From assembly GCA_012295275.1 (NCBI GenBank), contig CM022670.1, forward strand, positions 14,074,001 to 14,138,000: 64,000 nucleotides of DNA, given 5' to 3'. Positions 1 through 11,778 of the stretch are shown piece by piece. A model generated the notes under the pieces. That model was not told where the DNA came from. It saw only the letters and a program-made list of their open reading frames with translations, and did no database searches. Both the position numbers and the translations under genes were made by a program. Each line of letters starts with the position of its first letter. The first letter of the stretch is position 1. The stretch is from Chrysomallon squamiferum (Eukaryota; Animalia; Mollusca).

Positions 1-187
1 TCTCGGTCATAAAAGATTTCGCCTTGTTTTATAAATTTGTATTTTTTGCCACCTTTCGTATCCATTATTTATACTGTAAAGTTAAAGTAATGAAAGGGAC
101 GAATCTGAAAAAGAAAGGAATTTAATTATTCTTGATTAAATAATACGATTATCATGTAATTATTTATGAATATATAATATAATAATA

Positions 188-613
188 CAGGTTATCCGAA
201 AAGCTTGGATCCATTAAGGTTTTGGATTTCTAAATTTTTCGAAATCTGAAATACAAGGAGATAAACTGAAAGGAAGACAGAATTTTAAACATGAAATTTG
301 TTTCATTTATGCACACAGCTTTCGGCTAGTTTTAAATATTGTTTCATACTTAATGATGTTGTGCATGATAAAATGTTTGTTAGACCCAAACTGTAATAAA
401 CTATAAGCTATCTCAGTTTTGGGTTTCGCTGTTGAACTTATAACGTAAATACTTATGATTATCTCGTAAATATTTCCAATTGCAATTGTTATATTAGTAT
501 TATTATGTTAATGTCAATTAGTATAATAAAAAAATAATAATAAAAATAAATAAATAACTGATCCTAAAACGTTGGTGCTATTCGTGATGTTTGATGAGGG
601 AATATCTCCAGTA
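188..613 (+). mobile_element. Degenerate non-autonomous Tc1/mariner-pogo (Tigger/MER46-like) DNA transposon
   Basis: Starts TA|CAGGTTATCCGAAAAGCTTGG...TTTGGATTTC, has internal AAACATGAAATT...TTGTGCATGA and a decayed end GATGAGGGAATATCTCCAGTA. Resembles Tigger4/MER46-type consensus from memory; a related reverse copy lies at ~57930-58113. Confidence 0.5.
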
Positions 614-1191
614 GTGATTTAGATAAAGTATTTTCAGAAAAGGGGCTTTATGATTAAGGTGGCATTTATATAACTCATAAAGAACAGAGATGAAAGAAGA
701 TGGATCACGTTACGATAGCCTCCTTCCATCCGGATGCACGACTGTTCTGCGAGACTGACTTTTGAGGCTAAAACGTTTTGTCACGACGGAATTTGTTGTA
801 CAAAGTACAAGAGACACAACCTGTGTTCCATTAGTGCTCATCTGGATTCCAGCAAAGTTCATCTGAATTCTAATAGTTCTCATCATGACAATGAATAGCA
901 ATCATCAACCGATCAAGTCACCAAGAAGACATAAATTATATTTTAAAAATCCCTGGCGGTAATTGTGTTTGCTCTATCCGAATACGAAGGCTTAATTAGA
1001 TGTTCCCGAAATTGCATTGTGACTCATACAGCGTATCCAAACAAACACATAAAAGAAAAAAATCGGATGGGTCATATAATCTATAGTGTATATCGTTGTG
1101 TATAATTCGTTGAACAATATGATTAAGTAAACTGAAACGGTAAGACAGGCAATCAAGCACACCTTTTATATTTCATGCGAGAAAAAACCGA

Positions 1192-1192
<1 letters not shown>

Positions 1193-1237
<45 letters not shown>

Positions 1238-1250
1238 GCACAGACATGCA

Positions 1251-1283
<33 letters not shown>

Positions 1284-1293
1284 CATACATACA

Positions 1294-1360
<67 letters not shown>
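1193..1360. repeat. Compound microsatellite (AC)n/(ACAT)n/(AT)n
   Basis: Directly visible; explains the spurious YI/VC/HT ORFs. Confidence 0.95.
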
Positions 1361-1363
<3 letters not shown>

Positions 1364-2167
1364 ATTCTAATTTAAAAGCAAACAAATAAAGGCTGATAAC
1401 AGAATGCTTTCATCTTCGGCCTCCGGAGAGTATTTTCTGTGTGCAGAATCTAATCAGAGGTACATAAGACAGAGTATACAACAGAATATTCATTCCTCAA
1501 TACACAAAGATACACACACATACACAGATACACACACACACACAGATAAACACACACATATAGGCACCCATATACTCCTACATATTAGCTTGAAAAAAAC
1601 AAGACAGACTGATTCACATGCACATAAACAGAAAAAAAGAAGAAAAAAACCCACAAAAAACCAACAAAATTTATTTACAAAAAAAACATTAAAACCCACC
1701 CCCTCAAACAAAACAAAGAACAGAGAAAAAACAAAAAAGCAAAAAACAAAAACGTTTAGTGAATTGATAAATAAGTGCAAGTATTAGCATTGTAATACAA
1801 AAACCCCGTATATTTATTAAACAAATGAAAACATAAAACACATATATACACAAATGTTTTTTATAATTTTGAAGTACAAAAAAAAGAATACACACGTAAA
1901 TAAGCTAATAAATATACAAAATAACGACATATTCACATACTAAAATAGACTGTTAAAACTAAACAAAATATAAGAACAAAAGTGAATATAAAGAAATATA
2001 TTATTACCTTTGAGACTTCTGCATGAAGTAAGTAGACATTTTAAAACAAACTGACTTCCTGCTTGTCAGTGTGGAAATATTGAAATATTGCCAAACTTGC
2101 AAGATAAGGTGTTAATTGTCGCGAATCAAAATCATGTTGTTTCTATTGAAAATAATATACTCACAGT

Positions 2168-2447
2168 CTGGGGCGGATCTATTATAAAACTAATGAAGCT
2201 TAAGTTTCAGAGCCCTTAATCCTAGAGACGCCCTAGCGGCCCACATTTCTTCAAAATTTTAATCAAAATATGAATCCTAGACAGGCCCACATTTCTTCAA
2301 AATTTTAATCAAAATATGAATCCTAGACAGGCCCACATTTCTTCAAAATTTTAATCAAAATATGAAAAGTGTTAAATTTTTAAAACATTTCCACAGAAGA
2401 AGATAAAAGTGCTTGTGAAAGGCCAGCAAAATGTAGGTCCGCCACTG
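2168..2447. mobile_element. MITE-like element with GGCGGATC-type terminal inverted repeats and an internal 46-bp tandem repeat (about 3 copies)
   Basis: Left CTGGGGCGGATCT vs reverse complement of right end CAGTGGCGGACCT (10/13 match). CCACATTTCTTCAAAATTTTAATCAAAATATG recurs at 2241, 2287 and 2333. Confidence 0.6.
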
Positions 2448-3275
2448 TGCGCACTTTGTCAAGTAAGCTTCAGTGGACTTTGATTATACGTATTTATCTT
2501 GATATACAGGATAGACCCGGACTTTTTACAGGACATTCTCGACTGTTAATAGTTAGTCATTTTGTATCGCGCAGAACAGGCTCTTTTGGTGAATTTATAA
2601 TTTTAAGTTATGTCGTTCAGTGGCTAATCCGACTCTGTTTTAGATGGTTTTCTCATTTAAATAACAGGACAACTAGACTGCTTTTACTAGTAAAACATTT
2701 ATTCAAGAAAACAATTTTTAATTTTAGCTATTACTGCGGACACAAAAAGCTGTATAATATTAGCTTACAACATAAAATGGTAAATAAAATTAAAATTATA
2801 TTAATGAATTTTTAGTTAGTGTGTGTGTGTATATATCTATATCTGTACCTACGTAAACACGTGTATTTAATTATCTGTATCATTCTGGATTAAAATAAAT
2901 TAGTATTCTCTAATCAGAGTAAAATACAAAAACACGATAAAGTTACTGAACACTCTTATAACTCACACTAACTAAATACATTAAACTAATATAAGTAACA
3001 TTAATATATTAATAAGATAAAAAAATAAATTATAATTATGGAAAATAATTAAACTCTATATTAATAATCAGATGATGAAATAAATATAATAATGTAAACA
3101 AAACAAAATTAAATGATACAATTATATAAAAAAAATAATTTAAAAATTGCTTAAAATAAATGAATAAATAAAAATAATTAATTAAAGATATAAAATGAAA
3201 TAAAGCAATAAAAGTTAATAAAATCAAACAAAAATAATAATGAAAAAATATGTTTTAATATATTTTTATTATTAA

Positions 3276-3385
3276 ATTTTTTGCTTCTTCTTATGTTAAT
3301 TTATTATTATATTTAACAATGCATATTTATATATATATGCATTGTTAAATATAATAATAAATTAACATAAGAAGAAGCAAAAAAT
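3276..3385. repeat. 110-bp AT-rich palindrome with one mismatched pair
   Basis: Arms 3276-3330 and 3331-3385 are reverse complements except 3327/3334. Confidence 0.95.
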
Positions 3386-4562
3386 CAAATTAATAATAAT
3401 AATAACACGGAATACAACATTAAAATGCTATCACAAAAATATTAAGAGATAAATAAATGAATGAAGAATGAAAGAAAGAAAGAATAAATAAATAAATACA
3501 TAAATAAATAAATAAATAAATAAAATTATTAATTAATTACAAAAACAAAATAAATAATAATAAAATAAAAATAATGAAATAAATTTATATATCAGGTTTT
3601 AAGTTCTGTCGTTATCTGATTTGTTTAATCGTTAATATAGTCACCAATCTTCTCAGTGTCCTCTTTCTATCTGAGCTTTTTACTAACAAAACATTTAAAC
3701 TTTTTAATCTAACAAGATATTTACTTTAAAAACGGACAGAACTTTCGTTACAACGTGATAGAATATCAGTTTATATGACTAAACTTATTAAGGAACTATA
3801 TAAAAAAAGAAAGTTATATATATGTATATATATATACATATGTACTCAAAAAGAAAAACATTAAATAATAATTATATTAAACAGATCTCCTGATTCCCTT
3901 CTTTAATTTCTTTCTTCTTTTTATTTCTACTTTTTTTTACGTAATGTCAATCCTTTTTTTCCTATATATATATTAAGCATACAATAAAAAAAAATTCAAA
4001 AATTAATTAATTAATTAATTAAACAAAAACGAATCTTTCAGCTGCAGAAACACGCTTTTTTGTACACAAAGTGTTTATTAACTGAAAAAGAATTAATGTA
4101 ACCTGTCTACGGGTGAAGTAACATGCATCTATATTATCTGCCATGTTAACAACTTTGGCATTGACTCTCGTCGTTTTCGTCATGCGATTAACTGCTACTT
4201 AGTGACGACAGTGACAACAACCAATTATAATAAAACTGGTTTAGATTTACTCGATACTTATATATTATTGTTATTGTTCTTGTTTTTGTGTTCTTGTATT
4301 TCAACATGAAAATTATACCCATTACATTTTGGTGTCCTCTTTTATTCTCGAAATCTGGGATCGATCTTTTTGCAGTTTACGTTCGTCTATTTTGAACTTA
4401 CATACGCATCTGATTGATTGTGTCTGTGTGTGTATCTATTTTATTTTATTTGAGGCGAATAGCTTCTTATCTACGTACCCTTCAGTTTATCTATCTATCT
4501 ATATAGTAATAAACCTAGTGGGTGTTAGTATTATGTATTTTTTGTCTGAGCAATGTTAAATA

Positions 4563-7226
4563 TTATGGCCTAAAAAAGTTAATATTTTTCCATCTTTTAA
4601 CTTGCTTGGTACTTGTTGTTACCGACGTAAATATTGTATGGATGTTTTTCTTTTCGCCAAACGGTCCACTGACGGGATCAGAATTTTCAGCGTCTTTGCT
4701 CTCGTCGCCTTCGTTACTCGGTGAATTGCTGCTTTCAAAACCGTTGCCGTCATTGGAGGCGCCGTCCATAACCTTGGACAGTTTGTGCTTATAATCTTTT
4801 AACTGTTCCAACTTTTGTTTTGAATTTAACATATTTACATTCAGCCCATCTTGATCTGATGATACTTCACTTTTACTATAAATCACATCATCTGTTTGCG
4901 AGTTGAACACATCTATGTTGATTCCTTTCCTTTTTGATTGGATGTCCGTTTCACTTATATCCAGATACATTTTTTCCGTGTTCATAACATTGACATCGAA
5001 TCCACTCCGTTCTGATTTAATTTTCATTTTACTGCTATCAACACCTTTTCTTTCCGTATTCATAACATCTATGCAGTATCCACGTTTAACTGAATCTAAT
5101 TCGGTTTTACTGAAATCCCAAATTTTTTCTTCTGTGTTTAACATATTTACACTCAACCCATCTCGATCTAACTTTAATTCATTTTCACTGGCATCAAATA
5201 TTTTTGTTTCTCGATTTAACAGATCAGCGCTGAATCCACTCCGTTCTGATTTAATATTTTTTTTACTTTCGTCAACAACTTTTCCTTCTATGTTCAAAAC
5301 ATCGGCGCTGAATCCACTCCGTTCTGATTTAATATCTTTTACACTTTTGTCAACAACTTTTCCTTCTATGTTCAAAACATCGGCGCTGAATCCACTCCGT
5401 TCTGATTTAATATGTTTTTCACTTTCGTCCACAAATTTTGCTTCTATGTTCAAAACATCGGCGCTGAATCCACTCCGTTCTGATTTAATATCTTTTACAC
5501 TTTTGTCAACAACTTTTCCTTCCATGTTGAAAACATCGGCGCTGAATTCACTCCGTTCTGATTTAATATCTTTTACACTTTTGTCAACAACTTTTCCTTC
5601 TATGTTGAAAACATCGGCGCTGAATCCACTCCGTTCTGATTTAATATCTTTTTTACTTTCGTCCACAAATTTTGCTTCTATGTTGAAAACATCGGCGCTG
5701 AATCCACTCCGTTCTGATTTAATATGTTTTACACTTTTGTCAACAACTTTTCCTTCTATGTTCAAAACATCGGCGCTGAATCCACTCCGTTCTGATTTAA
5801 TATCTTTTTTACTTTCGTCCACAAATTTTGCTTCTATGTTGAAAACATCGGCGCTGAATCCACTCCGTTCTGATTTAATATCTTTTTTACTTTCGTCCAC
5901 AAATTTTGCTTCTATGTTGAAAACATCGGCGGCGTTCGAATCCACTCCGTTCTGATTTAATATGTTTTACACTTTTGTCAACAACTTTTCCTTCTATGTT
6001 CAAAACATCGGCGCTGAATCCACTCCGTTCTGATTTAATATGTTTTTTACTTTCGTCCACAAATTTTGCTTCTATGTTGAAAACATCGGCGCTGAATCCA
6101 CTCCGTTCTGATTTAATATCTTTTTTACTTTCGTCCACAAATTTTCCTTCTATGTTCAAAACATCGGCGCTGAATCCACTCCGTTCTGATTTAATATCTT
6201 TTTTACTTTTGTCAACAAGTTTTGCTTGTATCTTTAAAACGTCAGCTGAAAAACCAGTTGTTTCGCTGTATTCGTTCACTTCAGTATTATCATCCAACAC
6301 TGCTGATAGCGTCCCACAAGTTACATTTCCTCCATTTGTAAATTTCTTGGATGTTCCTTTGCTGTTGTCTCTTCCAGTCAAGGAAAAGTTGCCACATTTC
6401 AATCCGAATCCGTTTTCCTCTGTTTCAGTTGATCTGGAACTGGTGTTTTCACCTGTGACTGCGATGTTTGCTACACTGAAAAAACCACCGGACTGTTTAC
6501 ATTTCGAGTGTGGACTTCCTTGGTTTATGTTTACATTAAAACCGGAGATGGAAAATCCATGCCTCTCTATGTCATCGCCACCGGATGACCCAAAGTTAAA
6601 TAAACCAATATGCAGCCCAGTTGATTTTTGATTATTTTCTTTCTCGCGTTCAGTTTTCTCTGCAGAAACTTTGCTTTCTGAAGTGTTTTCTTCTGTTGTC
6701 AGCATATCTTGCGTTGCATCGCCGTCATTATTAGAATGTGTTTGATCGCTATTTTCATTTTCGTCATCTTCAGAAATGTTATTCTTTTGCCGCAGTTTTC
6801 ATTTTCATCATCTTGAGAGATGTTATTCTTGATGCCGCTGTCTTCATTTTCATCATCTTCAGAAGTGTTATTCTTGATGCCGCTGTCTTCATTTTCATCA
6901 TCTTGAGAGATGTTATTCTTGATGCCGTTGGTTTTATTTTCTTCATCTTCAGAAGTGTTATTCTTTTTGCCGCTGTTTTCATTTTCATCATCTTCAGAAG
7001 TGTTATTCTTTTTGCCGCAGTTTCGACTACTCTCTGCAACATTTCTCAAAGAACCGCCTTTGAAAGCTTCTGTTATTTCGTTTATTAGTTTTTCATTATT
7101 AATTTTTTCGTACAAGCCATGGATTTCATCGCATTCCCGTTTTATTTCTTTCTCTAATTTGGCTCTGACAGCTGGTTCTCCGTGACATAGTTCCCCGTCT
7201 TCGTTTATGTATGTCTTTTTATCCAT
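4563..7226 (-). CDS. Orphan tandem-repeat protein (~886 aa if two indels are corrected); frameshifted as assembled (assembly error or young pseudogene)
   Basis: Three consecutive minus ORFs (6699-7226, 5887-6705, 4563-5945) join into one frame by restoring one T at 6785-6788 (sister repeats have T5) and removing a net 4-nt insertion at 5931-5940 (GGCGTTCGAA vs consensus GCTGAA). Candidate acceptor TTACAG just upstream (exon start 7241). Confidence 0.75.
4846..6260 (-). repeat. Coding 78-bp (26-aa) tandem repeat, about 13 near-identical plus about 6 diverged units (SGFSADVFNIEAKFVDESKKDIKSER)
   Basis: CCACTCCGTTCTG recurs every 78 bp (5236, 5314, 5392 ... 6176); diverged units continue to ~4846. 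Confidence 0.95.
6750..7020 (-). repeat. Coding 45-bp (15-aa) acidic tandem repeat, 6 copies (xGKKNNTSEDDENEN)
   Basis: Visible in DNA and in the translation. Confidence 0.9.
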
Positions 7227-7253
7227 TGCCGAATCAACTTTCTGTAATAGACA

Positions 7254-7308
<55 letters not shown>

Positions 7309-8710
7309 TAATAATAATAATGAACGGATTATTAATATTATTTTTAAAATACTTTACTGATTTTGATTGTATTGCTAGAGACAAAAACGCATGCTCATAG
7401 TAAATTTTACATATTCAGTTGTTTATTTATTTGAATTTAAATGAATATTTAAGAATTATATTACCACTCTCAAAATTTATTTATATTAAATTTATATAGA
7501 CTATTATATTTGTATTTTTATCATGTCCTCCTAACAGTTAGTTTCTGGGAAAAAAAGAAAAATAGTAATAGCGAATGCTTATCCCTCGCATGAACGATTA
7601 GTAACTGAAAACAATTTCCGAGAAAAACACTCTTTTCTGTCCTCAGTAGCATGAACTTACATAAGTTATTTTTTATAGCAAAAGTCAAGTAAATGATCTG
7701 TATAAATCGGATACGCTCTAAAAAATAGTTTCTGGGGAAAATAAGAAAATTAAAAATTAACAGCGAATTTTTACGGGGAATCTCGTTTTGCAAGAACGGT
7801 TTGTAGTTGAAGAGGACATTCGAGAAATTAAATGTTTCTAACTTTTTATTTCCGTCTTTTTTTCCCTGAGTCCCTTCGATCAGTTCTATTTATAACAAAT
7901 TAATCTATTAAATGTAGTTTCGTTAAAGTAATTTTAAGTTAGAAGTAACTCATGTAAACAGATCCAAAATTAAATGATAAATGTCAACGGACTGATCTAA
8001 AAAAAAAAAAAAAAAAAAAAATCCGCCAGGCTTTCTCAGTCAGACTGTGACGACATATTGTCAACCAGCGCAGTATTGTTTGTTCAACGCCATGAACCAC
8101 GAAGTCAGCCGTGTTGTGTCTGCTTACAGTGTTTAATATTGTACTGAGATTATTAAATTTTACATATTGGATACTGCATTTCTTTACTAACTTAGCTTTT
8201 CTATACATAGGTAAGATTTAAACAAACTGACAGACAAACAAACAAACAAACAAACAAAAACAAAACAAGAAAGGAAACACCCAAATAAATATAAAAATAA
8301 ATAAATAAATAAATAAATAAAAACGATAAAATAAGAATAGTCGATCACGACAACATCAACAATAATAATAAGAAAAGAGTTTTATGTAGAATCTCGTTTT
8401 GTAGGAACGATTAGTAACTGAAGAGGATTCCCGAGAAACTCAATATTTACCACTTTTTATTTCCGTCTTAGATCAGTTCTATTTATAGCAAATGTCAAAT
8501 GTGTGACCTAAAAAAAAATAATAATAAAATAAAATAAACCAGAAGGGCTTTCTTTTTCATCTGTGACAACATACCGCCAATCTAATCTTTATATATAAAT
8601 AAAAAAACAACAACAACAAAGGAAGAAAGAAAATAACAAATAACAAATGAATTAATAAAATAAGAAAAATCACTGCAGCACCAGCAACAACAACAATAAT
8701 TATAATAAAA

Positions 8711-8744
<34 letters not shown>

Positions 8745-10196
8745 CATCATCATTTATTGTTATTATTATAAGTTTTGAAATACGGGCTTTATAAAGAAAA
8801 CATTTCTATTAATATTTTAATATTGTATGTTTGTGCGAGTGCATCTGTCTGTGGGTCCGTTTGTGTGAGATGCGAGTGCATGACTGCAAAATAAAATATC
8901 TAGATAACTTAAGTATTAATTGACTGCATTTTTTTTTCTGCCGTGCATATTGTAAAAACACAAGAAAACGTACCTTCATGTTAAAATAAGACGAGCAACA
9001 GCATATTGGCATGAAAGAGAAATCAGTCCTGTTTCTACGTAAACTATCGTATCTCCTTTCTGAAGTTTATTACAGCACTTACACTTTTATATCCGTCCTA
9101 CAATTCCTGAGGAAATGGGATTTACCGAGAAAAGTCTATTTCCAAGAAAAACGAGTTACTTTTTCCGGCTTTTGTGTATTGTAAGATCAGTCTAGTTTTT
9201 CAATATATAATAGCACACACACACAAATACACACACGCGTGCATACAAACACACAGATAATACACAGATTATTTTCAACCGATAACGGTTACACGTTCAC
9301 TAAAATATTGCGATTAAAATTAAAGAAACAAATGTTGATGAATGATGACCAATTCTAATCTTAACATTCAAATATCTGAAATATTTCATATGAAGGTTTT
9401 AATGTGTATGGAAGACAAACAATCAGGTAACTGATAAAAAAAAAATAATAATAAAAAAAAAAAAAATATTAGTTAAATGTAATTTCGTTAAAGTAATTTT
9501 AGGTAAGATATAACTTGTGTAAACAAATACAAATATTAAAGACTAAAATTTACAAGCGTTAAAAAGTATTTTAAGAAAAACTCAAACTCCAATGTTTTGC
9601 TGGTGATATCGGTATTGAAAGCGACTGGATTGTAATATTGTAACGATATCATCCGAAATGTAAAAAAGCTTATTAATCGATGCTACAAACCATAGTGAGA
9701 ACGGTCCTTAAATGTCGTGTTTTGTAAAAATCAGGCGATTACAAACACTGAATCTTTTAGTGGCCTTGGCCAGATTTCAAAATCAGAAAAGTGGTAGCAG
9801 TTCTAGTAGTATATAATACAATACAGTAGTGAAAGTATTATTAAAATATTACTGGTAATAGTAATACGAATTCTAGTATTCAAAGTAGTGGTTGAAGTTT
9901 AGCAATAGAAGTAGTAGTTGTTACAGAAATAATATTAATAGTAGAGGTAGTAGTTGTTGGAGTAGTAGTAGTTTTAAAGCAATGAATAAAAGACTACATA
10001 TCTTTTTAATTCTTTATTTGTTTCCAGTCTTCATTCTGGCTATTGCAATACAAAATAAAAAAAAAATGTGACCATCAAAGTGCAAAAATTAAAAACATAG
10101 ATTTAATTACATATATTAAATATATATATACATAATATTCACAATGTGCTGTAAAATCAACCTTTTAAATTATGAACGCATTTTAATCCTCTATGA

Positions 10197-11736
10197 TCAC
10201 AATGGATTAGCCAAGGAAAAGACAACTCCTGACGGATTTGGTCGCAGAATTAAAGTTGTATTGAGACTGTAAATGCCCACTGGTTGGCCAGTAAATACGT
10301 CAGTTAAGCTATAGCCCTTTTTATTGGTCAAACCAATCGTTTCCAGTGTGGTTTTTTGTAATGCAGGACCACCTCCTGTCCCATAATATACTGCGGCGAT
10401 AGCAAACCGTGAACCCTTCAAGGGCTTTGTCCAAATTTCAAATTTATTGTCCTGAAAAAAAAATATAATAAAATAAAAATAAATAATAATAATAATAAAT
10501 AAATAAATAAATACATAAATACTGTTTACGGTGTCCGTTTAGAAGCTCCAAGGCCCCTCTCCCAATGTTTTTTGCCCCGCTGCGCTCAGGTAAGTGTTTT
10601 TGCCTCATTTCAAAAAGTCTAGTTACGGCCATATATAAATATTTATAAATTCGTAAACGCTAAGAAAGCGCATGCGTACAGATAGACAAGGAAATTGAAT
10701 TACGATGATCGAGTTAATGAGTGCTGTTAATGAAAACAAAAGAATTATTCGAAAATATTTTTAAATTGATTATTAACTCTTACATATTAATAATAATCAG
10801 TTAAACAATTCTAAATGCCCAACCCCCCCATCACCCCGATAAAACAAATTATATTAAGATTATTATGTGATCAGATATTCTTGTTTGTTTACCTTATAAA
10901 CCCTTTTTCCTTGTATCCCTAAAGGATCCTGGTTTATCGATATCGCCATCTTGTTTTGCAAAATCGCTTTCGATTCTGGTCTGACATTTCTCAGGTCGTT
11001 CGACATCAGAAGCGGTGACGCCATGATTGACCAGAGCGCCATCTGTACTTGTTGCTGATCAAAGCTGAGTCCGTAATCACCAATTATTATCTGAAGGAGA
11101 AAAAAGAAAGAAAATGTTACCAGATATTGTAACAGTTAGTTCAGTGAATGGCCATTTCAGCACTATTTCAACTCAGTAAAGTTAACGATATGTAATCTAA
11201 GGGAAAAAAGCTAAATATGTTTTTCACCTGTTGCTAGCTGCTGTTGTTGGTCTTTTTTATTGTGTTCAAACACCTCTGTGGTTGTGAAAGCAGATAGTAT
11301 GCGTATATTGAGAAAACTTACTTATTTATTTTACCTTTATCATCGATAAATATTTAACTGGGTAAATTATGTATTTTGTCAGTCAATAGTTTGAGATACA
11401 GCAACATATATTTTTACGGTCGGTTCTATTGTAATAGTTCTCTTTGGTTTCTTTCATACAGACGACAATGTTCATCTATTAATGTATTTTATTTCAGTTA
11501 CCATGTCGGGATCATTGAAGTTACCAGGACCAGCGAAGGAGCTGAAGTTGCCAGAGTCTTTGGCGTAAAACTCGATTATATTGGCGACGCTTCCCCATGA
11601 GTCATCAATATCGCCGTAATTGCGCCAAATGTTACAACTCTTGGCTATGGCAGCGTAATCAGGCTGAACAAAATATACAGAAAAATATTTGTATTTACTT
11701 GTTTCTTTATTTGTTTCATTGTTTGGTTTTTGTTTG

Positions 11737-11778
<42 letters not shown>

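Noticed and set aside
690-900. Coding-looking Cys/His-rich stretch
   Set aside because: Stops interrupt the plus frames, no convincing splice sites and no recognisable homology.
1153-1895. YI/VC/HT-rich and Lys- or Phe-rich ORFs
   Set aside because: Microsatellite and A-rich low-complexity translations.
5236-6190. CRISPR-like periodicity
   Set aside because: The sequence between conserved cores is itself repeated, the period is a multiple of 3 and coding, and the context is eukaryotic with no cas genes.
4903-6631. Long plus-strand ORFs (350 and 218 aa)
   Set aside because: Antisense shadows of the stop-poor 78-bp coding repeat; the minus frame extends through the non-repetitive flanks.
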